This document shows positions 57,616 to 64,000 of a stretch of 64,000 bases of DNA, in pieces (positions within the stretch are counted from its first letter, which is position 1; each line of letters opens with the position of its first letter). The notes beneath the pieces are model-generated. The model ran no database searches. It saw nothing but the letters and a program-made list of their open reading frames with translations, and had not been told where the DNA came from. This DNA is from an uncultured virus (IMG/VR IMGVR_UViG_3300007512_001367) (lineage: Duplodnaviria; Heunggongvirae; Uroviricota; Caudoviricetes), in IMG/VR virus record IMGVR_UViG_3300007512_001367, positions 1 through 64,000 of that record, one strand, 5' to 3'. Made by a program: the position numbers and the translations under genes.

Positions 57616-58449
57616 TTATTTTTTCGTAGATTCAGTTTTTGGAGCCTTTGGTGCAGGATCCAAGTCGTTTGTAAATTTGTCTTTTGTTGGAATTTCTACT
57701 TCTGGTTGAACAGCATCCATTTCCACAGCTGGTTCTTCGATTGCTGGTTCTTCGATTGCTGGTTCTTCGATTGCTGGTTCTTCGATTGCTGGTTCTTCTG
57801 CTTTAGGTTCTTTTTCTTGTACAACTTCTGCGTTAGCTTCTGCTTCTTTTGCCTCTGCATCAGCAATAACTTCTTTTGTTTCTGGTGTTTTAATTAAGAA
57901 GTTTTTTTCTTGTAACTCTACTTCATTCATTGAAAACTTATTGTAAAGTTCTGCTAATTCAGTTCCTTCGGCTTTTTTTACGTACTCAGTTATTTCTGAA
58001 ACAAATCTTTCTCTAAATGTTTTATCATCTAAAGTTGCATCTTCTTTTTCTTGTGCTTTTAATTCTGCCAATTGTGATTCAAGCTCTGTAATTTTGTCTA
58101 ATCTTTTAGTTTCTTCTGTTACTGCTTTTTTAATACCTGCTGATATTGAATCATCAGCATCGGATTCTTTTATTGCTTTAGTAATACTAGATGTTGGTTC
58201 TGGTTTGGTAATTTCCTCAACTAATTTTTTTGCTTTTTTAGAAACTTTTACTGGATCAACGTATTCTTTAATTCCAGCTAATTTGGCAATATCTGCTAGG
58301 CTAACATCTTTTTCATCTAATAGTCTTGGTTCAGCACTAGCGGATTCCAACAAAGATTTTCGTTCTTGTTCAGGAGTCATATTGCTCATTGCGTTCAAAC
58401 GAGCAACCAAGTCTGCAAAATTATCTGTGTAAGGTTTTTTACGTGCCAT
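57616..58449 (-). CDS. Acidic, helical late protein (scaffold/internal-protein-like)
   Basis: E/K/A-rich; LADIAKLAGI motif; EEPAI repeats; TATAAATA upstream. Confidence 0.6.
   Translation of the reverse strand: MARKKPYTDNFADLVARLNAMSNMTPEQERKSLLESASAEPRLLDEKDVSLADIAKLAGIKEYVDPVKVSKKAKKLVEEITKPEPTSSITKAIKESDADDSISAGIKKAVTEETKRLDKITELESQLAELKAQEKEDATLDDKTFRERFVSEITEYVKKAEGTELAELYNKFSMNEVELQEKNFLIKTPETKEVIADAEAKEAEANAEVVQEKEPKAEEPAIEEPAIEEPAIEEPAIEEPAVEMDAVQPEVEIPTKDKFTNDLDPAPKAPKTESTKK
57728..57798. repeat. 15-bp tandem repeat (4 full copies + 11 bp), encoding EEPAI
   Basis: (gctggttcttcgatt)x4 + gctggttcttc. Confidence 0.95.
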
Positions 58450-58455
58450 ATTGAA

Positions 58456-58463
58456 TATTTATA
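58456..58463 (-). promoter_or_regulatory. T4-type late promoter TATAAATA
   Basis: Exact T4 late consensus, 6 nt upstream of the ATG at 58449. Confidence 0.65.
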
Positions 58464-58475
58464 ATAGATTCGTGA

Positions 58476-60419
58476 TTATTTAAGACGTTGTTTTAACATT
58501 TCGGCAAGTTTTGACTCGTATGAAGTCTCAGCCCTTAATGCCGATTTTTTCCATCCTTTCGCAAGATACTCGTTGTGCTTTCTTTTTGGTATCATTATTG
58601 TTTTGCCATCTTTATGAACATATATTTTAGGTTCTGTTTGACCTAATCTTTTTAAATCAACTGGTTGTAAACCATCTTGATTTTGTTCGGTTGTTTTGTA
58701 TACATTTTTAATTTTATCAATTAAAGGTGGCCAATTTTCTGAAATAACTTTAGCCTGAACTTCTGCCATGCCATAATTTTTTTTAAGTACAGCCTGGGCC
58801 ATTTCTAATCCGTGCATTAAAGAAGCTTCAGCTTTACCTAATAAAGTTGCTTCTGTATCTTCATTTTGCTCTGCCTCTGTTGCAACAGGTTCGCCTTTCA
58901 TTCTTACGTTTGTTATACCTAATTTTTCTAATTTCTCTGGCATTTTAGTTACAACAAATTTACCACTAGTGTCTTGGTCATCAAATTCGTATCCTACTAT
59001 ACTCATTAAATCTCTAATTGCAAAATTATGATCCGATGATCCAAACCCTTCTCCGTCTGGCCAATCACTATATCTTTGTTCTAATTCTCGAGCCGCATCT
59101 TGCCATTCATCTTTTAAATGATACCATTCTTCTGCTGATATCCATTTATTAAAAACTGCTCTTTGTAATATACCTTTTCCATCAAATGGTGCGTCTTCTT
59201 GTACTGCTGATTCTTCTGTCTGGTCAGGATCTGGTAACCTTGAAGTTTTTGCAAACTGTCCTGCCTTTTTGGCCTGTTCCACTTTGTCATAGAAGAAATC
59301 TATTAATTTAGGATTGTTATCTGCCGCTGACATGAGCATACTAATAAGGTCTTCGTCTACATGAAACAGTTGATTGTAGTAGTCTGACAAGTATACATCA
59401 TCCTCCCTACCCCATTTTTTTAATTTTTCTGCCTTTTTTTGATCATTGTTGATATGACTATAATCGATTATCAGTTCCATCAGTTTAGGTCCATATCGTT
59501 TCATCATCTTGTCAAAAAACGCAACATCCTTATCAGAACTGTGTTTGATAGTAGAGATAGTTCTTTCTTTGTCATCTAATTCTTTTACTGATTCATCACT
59601 TCCTGGACTTGTAATAGGTGTTCCGTTATCTTTTCTATATGCTGGTTTTAACTTTTTACCAACAAATGCTTTTTGACCAGCTGGTATTTTTTCAACTGAA
59701 CCACCTTTAGCAAGATATTGTTTCATCAACGCATCACGTTGTGCTTTTTTTTCTGGGGTATCGTATTCTTGCATAGCTTTTTCTAATTTGTTTTGTAAAA
59801 AATCAGTGTATTCTGGTTTCTTTCCTATAAAGCCTTCATCAACTTCTTTGTCTAATATTTTGTCATCTAAGTCTTGATGTACAGTTGGATCTATAAATTC
59901 TAAATCTCCTGCAGTCACATCTGTTTCGCCTTGACCCTCACCGTAAGATATTGTGTAAATGCCTTCATCGTCATCTGTATAGTCAACTATTCTTACAAGT
60001 TTACCTGTAGATTTTTCATGAGCATAGTCACCAATATTACCCGGCATATTATTTGGAATCATGTCTTCTCTAAACTTGTCATCTAACCATTCATCAAAAT
60101 CTTCTGAATTCATAAAGTCTTGCCAAGTTTTAAATCTTGATTGTATTTCTTTACTTGATGCCCACATACCTCTAGCCGCATCTGCTCTTTCGGCACCTAC
60201 ATCAGGTTGTGATTCTCTTTTTATATTTTTTTCTGCCCAGTTTCTTAGTTCCATTCTTCTTCTTCGTATTTCTGCCATAAGTTTTTCATCACGTCTATTC
60301 ACAGGATCTAATTCCATGTCTTGGAGATGTTTCATCAGTTCTCTATAATGTGCCTCATCTTTTGGAATAACTACGTTTCGATATTCTTTTATAGGTTTGT
60401 TAATTTCTTTTAATCTCAT
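58476..60419 (-). CDS. Large acidic modular protein (putative internal head protein) containing a SutA-like motif
   Basis: Starts MRLKEI; several short modules separated by E-rich linkers; QRDALMKQYLAKGGSVEKIP. Confidence 0.6.
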   Translation of the reverse strand: MRLKEINKPIKEYRNVVIPKDEAHYRELMKHLQDMELDPVNRRDEKLMAEIRRRRMELRNWAEKNIKRESQPDVGAERADAARGMWASSKEIQSRFKTWQDFMNSEDFDEWLDDKFREDMIPNNMPGNIGDYAHEKSTGKLVRIVDYTDDDEGIYTISYGEGQGETDVTAGDLEFIDPTVHQDLDDKILDKEVDEGFIGKKPEYTDFLQNKLEKAMQEYDTPEKKAQRDALMKQYLAKGGSVEKIPAGQKAFVGKKLKPAYRKDNGTPITSPGSDESVKELDDKERTISTIKHSSDKDVAFFDKMMKRYGPKLMELIIDYSHINNDQKKAEKLKKWGREDDVYLSDYYNQLFHVDEDLISMLMSAADNNPKLIDFFYDKVEQAKKAGQFAKTSRLPDPDQTEESAVQEDAPFDGKGILQRAVFNKWISAEEWYHLKDEWQDAARELEQRYSDWPDGEGFGSSDHNFAIRDLMSIVGYEFDDQDTSGKFVVTKMPEKLEKLGITNVRMKGEPVATEAEQNEDTEATLLGKAEASLMHGLEMAQAVLKKNYGMAEVQAKVISENWPPLIDKIKNVYKTTEQNQDGLQPVDLKRLGQTEPKIYVHKDGKTIMIPKRKHNEYLAKGWKKSALRAETSYESKLAEMLKQRLK

Positions 60420-60826
60420 TATGCAAATGCCACGTGTGTTAAATCTGGGTGTGCTTGTTTAATTCTTCTTGCTTCTTTATTAAATGTCATAACCATTTTG
60501 TTTATCCAACCCTCAGGTCTGCCACCACTTATCATAGTTGCTCCGCCTCCGGATTTATCAACTGTTGTTGGAACATCTGCTGATGGTTTGTCAAGATTTT
60601 TCTTTAACCATGCAGTAGATATGTTTATAAATTTGTCTACTTCAATTGGACCTGCGTCCTCAAAATTTGAATCTAATCCTAATGCGTCTAGAATTTCCCT
60701 TACACTATGATTACTTAAATGTCCAGTTTGCGTTTCAAAACCATCTGGAAATTCCCATGTTCTTGTAGGAGCATTATATTTGTATCCTAAAAAATCTGCA
60801 CCTTCTGTAAATTCTTGTGCTCTCAT
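60419..60826 (-). CDS. Hypothetical protein (putative internal head protein)
   Basis: Starts MRAQEFTE. Confidence 0.65.
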   Translation of the reverse strand: MRAQEFTEGADFLGYKYNAPTRTWEFPDGFETQTGHLSNHSVREILDALGLDSNFEDAGPIEVDKFINISTAWLKKNLDKPSADVPTTVDKSGGGATMISGGRPEGWINKMVMTFNKEARRIKQAHPDLTHVAFA

Positions 60827-61107
60827 TATGGGTAACTCCTCTTAACCAATGGTCCACCAAACAAGCTAACATCTTTTCCTAGTTTGCCTGTTTGTGCACC
60901 TTTGGCTGAACCGTCTGGATTTTTGGGTTGTACTATTTTAGGTAGTCTTGGTGCTTTAGTACCTGAACGTCCTGGTGTACCTGTATATGCTTTATTGCCA
61001 CGGTCTTTACCTATAGCTATATGTGGACTTACAACTGCCGCTATATTGCCAGCCGAAGTGGCGCCCGCAGTTGCATATTCACGCATTATGACTTCGTTTA
61101 TTTTCAT
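60826..61107 (-). CDS. Small basic protein (putative internal head protein)
   Basis: Starts MKINEVIMRE; ATAGATSAGNIA; TAAATA upstream. Confidence 0.65.
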   Translation of the reverse strand: MKINEVIMREYATAGATSAGNIAAVVSPHIAIGKDRGNKAYTGTPGRSGTKAPRLPKIVQPKNPDGSAKGAQTGKLGKDVSLFGGPLVKRSYP

Positions 61108-61765
61108 TATATATATTTATGTATGGAGTGATGCCTAATAGACTAGCAATAGAAAAATAACCTATTAAACGTTTTGTAGCTGGAGGCACAAAAATAAGCA
61201 AATTGTGTTTTTTAATTACTTTCATTATAATTTGGCAAGATTCTCCAATCCATTTATTATAGTAATTTTCAAATACTTTATCATGTAGTTTGCTTTTAAT
61301 ATAAGGGTATCTACAACCGGGCCAATAAATTTGCCATTTATGTGACTTTTGTAATTTATGTGATTTTTCCCTATCAGGTAGAGGAAATATTTTTGAATCG
61401 GTTTGCCAATTAATTTGATGCCACGTTTCTTCTCCCATAATTCTACGCCATTTTAATTTTAATCTATTTTTAATTAATTTCATTTTGTTTACATTAAACA
61501 GAGCTTTAGGTAGTAATACAACATTATGTATTTTTATTTTGGCCCATTTTGTCATGAAGCCATTTGAGTAGTTGTTATCATCGTTATAAATTTTAAAAGT
61601 TAAGTCGTTACCAATTGCATTTTCGTCTAATTCAATATATCTTAGATGTACTTTTTTGTTTTGTAATTCAAAGTCATCTAACATACAATTATTTGAAAAT
61701 ATTTGGACATTACAAGTTTTTTTATAAGGTTTATATTTAAAACTAACGCATAAAATATATCGCAT
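61079..61765 (-). CDS. Hypothetical protein
   Basis: ORF track; K/N/I-rich; NNYSNGFMTK motif. Confidence 0.55.
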   Translation of the reverse strand: MRYILCVSFKYKPYKKTCNVQIFSNNCMLDDFELQNKKVHLRYIELDENAIGNDLTFKIYNDDNNYSNGFMTKWAKIKIHNVVLLPKALFNVNKMKLIKNRLKLKWRRIMGEETWHQINWQTDSKIFPLPDREKSHKLQKSHKWQIYWPGCRYPYIKSKLHDKVFENYYNKWIGESCQIIMKVIKKHNLLIFVPPATKRLIGYFSIASLLGITPYINIYNENKRSHNA

Positions 61766-61782
61766 ATGTGTAATTATTTGGA

Positions 61783-62031
61783 TTATCTAAGGTGTAATTT
61801 TTTTAATTGTCGTTGTGTTTCGCCCGGTTTAACATCTTTTGTAGTGTTTTGTTTTGTAATAGTACCGACGCCCATGGCATCTTCTTTTTCAACTTCGTTT
61901 GCTTTGTTGTTGTATTTGTTTTTAAAATCAAATCTATTATTTGGACCAGTACCTTTTTTGCGTATTAAACCCATAGGTTTAATTGACTGAGGCATTATTA
62001 CCCATTCACCCATGATTTCATTTATTTTCAT
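61783..62031 (-). CDS. Small basic protein (putative internal head protein)
   Basis: Starts MKINEIMGE; GVGTITKQNTTKDV. Confidence 0.65.
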   Translation of the reverse strand: MKINEIMGEWVIMPQSIKPMGLIRKKGTGPNNRFDFKNKYNNKANEVEKEDAMGVGTITKQNTTKDVKPGETQRQLKKLHLR

Positions 62032-62399
62032 TGTTTCTCCTCAAAGTAGTCTTTAGGAAATAATTCTGTAAGTCTACTGTAAAATCTTCCTTTACTTTGA
62101 TATCCTACAATTCTACCTAATTCTTTTCTACCATTCCATATTATAAACGTAGGTGTTCCTCTAATTTTTTTAATTCTATTTTCAGCATATGCTTGTTTAA
62201 ACCACTCGGGTTGTGCATATACACTAATAATTATCAATGGTAGCTTTTTAGCTATATCAGAATCATTGTAGTCTACTGCAACTTCGTTAATAAATCTTTC
62301 ACAAATATGACAAGCAGGATTATGTGCCATTAATAATTCTAATGCGTATACTGGAAACGCAAATAATATAAAAAATAAAGTTAGTAACAGTTTTTTCAT
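62028..62399 (-). CDS. Exported thioredoxin-fold protein (SoxS-like)
   Basis: Signal peptide, CHIC (CxxC), GTPTFI...ELGRIVGY. Confidence 0.75.
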   Translation of the reverse strand: MKKLLLTLFFILFAFPVYALELLMAHNPACHICERFINEVAVDYNDSDIAKKLPLIIISVYAQPEWFKQAYAENRIKKIRGTPTFIIWNGRKELGRIVGYQSKGRFYSRLTELFPKDYFEEKQ

Positions 62400-62648
62400 C
62401 TACCATCTCCATGGCAACATACTAAGGCCTATAAAATTTAATAACATCTCTATTACAACAACAAATACTAAACCACCACCTATTTGCCATGCCCACCATT
62501 TCCATCCTGTAAGGCTACGCGACCATTGTGCAAGTTTACTGTTATGTGCTTTATCATATGCACCTGTTTTATTGCCTATTTTATTTGCCCAGTAATTAGG
62601 ATCTACTATATTCTTTAACATTATTAATGGCCATAATAGTTTTTTCAT
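62400..62648 (-). CDS. Small Trp-rich membrane protein
   Basis: C-terminal hydrophobic helix. Confidence 0.65.
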   Translation of the reverse strand: MKKLLWPLIMLKNIVDPNYWANKIGNKTGAYDKAHNSKLAQWSRSLTGWKWWAWQIGGGLVFVVVIEMLLNFIGLSMLPWRW

Positions 62649-63253
62649 TGTAAAAATTTCCTTATATTTTTTTCAACTTGTACAAGTTGTTTAGGCATTG
62701 AATCTTGTTCAATATCAGAATTATTAATAACGTGTACGTCATTAAACATACGTTGATATTCTCCCAACCTTTGGTCTATAATATCAAAATTTTGATGTAT
62801 AAGTTTATCTGGTAGTGTACGTTCTCTTTCTTTATTTCTGCGTAAAGCAGTTTGTAAATCTGTGGTTACAAATATCATTGTTGTTTCATATCCTTTATCT
62901 TCTAACTCGTCTTTAATACGTCTAACAGTTCCAGCTATTCTACCTGTAGAATCTATTAGCAAACCCAATCCACTGTCAGATAATGATTGTTGTTGTTTAG
63001 TAACTAATTCTTTTGATCTTTGTCTTTGTTTTTCTCGTTCAGGTTCTTCTTCTGGAGGCATTTTCCATGATAAGTTTTTTCTTGTCATAAGATGTTTAAA
63101 AATAATATCCATGTTCACTTGTTTTAATCCTTGGAATACACCTGCTAATTTTCTAGCAACATATGTTTTACCTGCACCTGGGGAGCCAGCAAAAAATATT
63201 GCTTTATACTGATAAGGATCATGTGGACCTTCTAAAAATTCATTTGCTCTCAT
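62645..63253 (-). CDS. P-loop kinase (zeta-toxin/AAA_33-like)
   Basis: GSPGAGKT, LIDSTG, ALRRNKERER; N-terminal MRANEFLE leader. Confidence 0.75.
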   Translation of the reverse strand: MRANEFLEGPHDPYQYKAIFFAGSPGAGKTYVARKLAGVFQGLKQVNMDIIFKHLMTRKNLSWKMPPEEEPEREKQRQRSKELVTKQQQSLSDSGLGLLIDSTGRIAGTVRRIKDELEDKGYETTMIFVTTDLQTALRRNKERERTLPDKLIHQNFDIIDQRLGEYQRMFNDVHVINNSDIEQDSMPKQLVQVEKNIRKFLQ

Positions 63254-63795
63254 TTTGCGTTAATCCTATCGTTAACTACGTCCCAATTTATTATCTTCCA
63301 AGTATTTACTAGGTACTTTGTCTTGTCAGCTTGATAGTCAAGTGCCCATGCGTGTTCCCACCAGTCGACTAATAGTGCAATATTTTTTACAACTTTATGA
63401 TTTTTAATTGTTTTAATTGTACCACTTGTATCCATATAGATCCAACCTGAACCTTGGATGCCCATTGCCGCTTTTGTAAATTCTTCTTTAAACTTGTCAA
63501 AATCATTTATAAATTCGTTAGAAACACCAGTTGGCCTGTTAGCTCCTGCAGGAGCTTTAAATTGAGGAAAATATAAACTGTGTAAGAATGCACCTGCTAT
63601 TTGGAAGTCACCGCCCTCACTTTTGTTAGCTTTATCTACATAGCCTTTATATAGTTTGCCATAATGATAGTCTAGTGTGTCCTTACTCATTACAGGCACT
63701 AGATCTGTAAGACCATAGGGTAGTTTAGACTGTATATAGTGTGCTTTAGTCTCTTCTATTTGGTCAATTTGGTTAATTAGGTTCCTGATATTCAT
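63250..63795 (-). CDS. sod: Fe/Mn superoxide dismutase
   Basis: LPY..L.P..S..TLDYHYGK, second His (LHSLYF), QGSGW, DWWEHA. Confidence 0.85.
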   Translation of the reverse strand: MNIRNLINQIDQIEETKAHYIQSKLPYGLTDLVPVMSKDTLDYHYGKLYKGYVDKANKSEGGDFQIAGAFLHSLYFPQFKAPAGANRPTGVSNEFINDFDKFKEEFTKAAMGIQGSGWIYMDTSGTIKTIKNHKVVKNIALLVDWWEHAWALDYQADKTKYLVNTWKIINWDVVNDRINAK

Positions 63796-63826
63796 TATAT
63801 CAGTATTTATTTTTAGGTAGATGCTT

Positions 63827-63997
63827 TTAAAACTTACCCTTTTCTATCATTTGTTTTGTTACTTTAGAAGGTATTTTTTGTATTTTGCCACCTTTGGCAA
63901 GAAATTCTTTCATCATACGATCACGTTCTTCTTGTGTTGATTTTTTATATTCTTTATCGGATGAATAATTTTTATTGATTCCTTCAAATTTTGGCAT
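63827..63997 (-). CDS. 56-aa SutA-like protein (not in the ORF track; may extend beyond the window)
   Basis: MPKFEGINKNYSSDKEYKKSTQEERDRMMKEFLAKGGKIQKIPSKVTKQMIEKGKF*. Confidence 0.65.
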   Translation of the reverse strand: MPKFEGINKNYSSDKEYKKSTQEERDRMMKEFLAKGGKIQKIPSKVTKQMIEKGKF

Positions 63998-64000
63998 TAA

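Noticed and set aside
57728..57798. CRISPR-like array
   Set aside because: The 15-bp units have no spacers and lie in frame in a coding region
764..63212. Many antisense or nested ORFs in the track (e.g. 764..1072, 21240..21665, 54106..54594, 54982..55413, 57706..57897)
   Set aside because: They shadow well-supported genes and show no motifs or RBS
62645..63253. Zeta/epsilon toxin-antitoxin module
   Set aside because: No recognisable antitoxin adjacent; only the general P-loop kinase fold is supported
1..64000. tRNA/rRNA genes, IS elements, introns, alternative genetic code
   Set aside because: Intergenic gaps are very short with no cloverleaf or transposase motifs, and standard-code ORFs tile the window; a covariance-model scan would be needed to exclude small RNAs

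Overview
A gene-dense, AT-rich 64-kb fragment of a large tailed dsDNA phage, distantly T4-like. A marine alphaproteobacterial host is suggested but not proven. The + strand (1-25.2 kb) carries tail fibre/adhesin genes, one with a Hint autoprocessing domain. These are followed by a ~17-kb modification block: glycosyltransferases, five tandem radical-SAM enzymes, SGNH-like proteins, APS kinase, a carbamoyltransferase and two PLP enzymes. The - strand (25.2-64 kb) carries a MoxR/vWA pair, a 5'-3' exonuclease, a family-B DNA polymerase, a probable sliding clamp and a 7-deazaguanine pathway (FolE, QueE, a DpdL-like T-fold protein, a DpdA/TGT-like transglycosylase, YhhQ, GMP reductase). That pathway is interleaved with a GT-B glycosyltransferase and GalE. 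The right end holds putative internal head proteins sharing a short N-terminal leader, which also appears on a superoxide dismutase and a P-loop kinase. Best leads: (i) a possibly glycosylated 7-deazaguanine DNA modification, (ii) a multi-radical-SAM late glycan/virion modification system, (iii) capsid-targeted enzymes, and (iv) two SutA-like RNA-polymerase-binding motifs. All calls come from motif reading by eye; no searches were run. No tRNA, rRNA, CRISPR array or IS element was seen.
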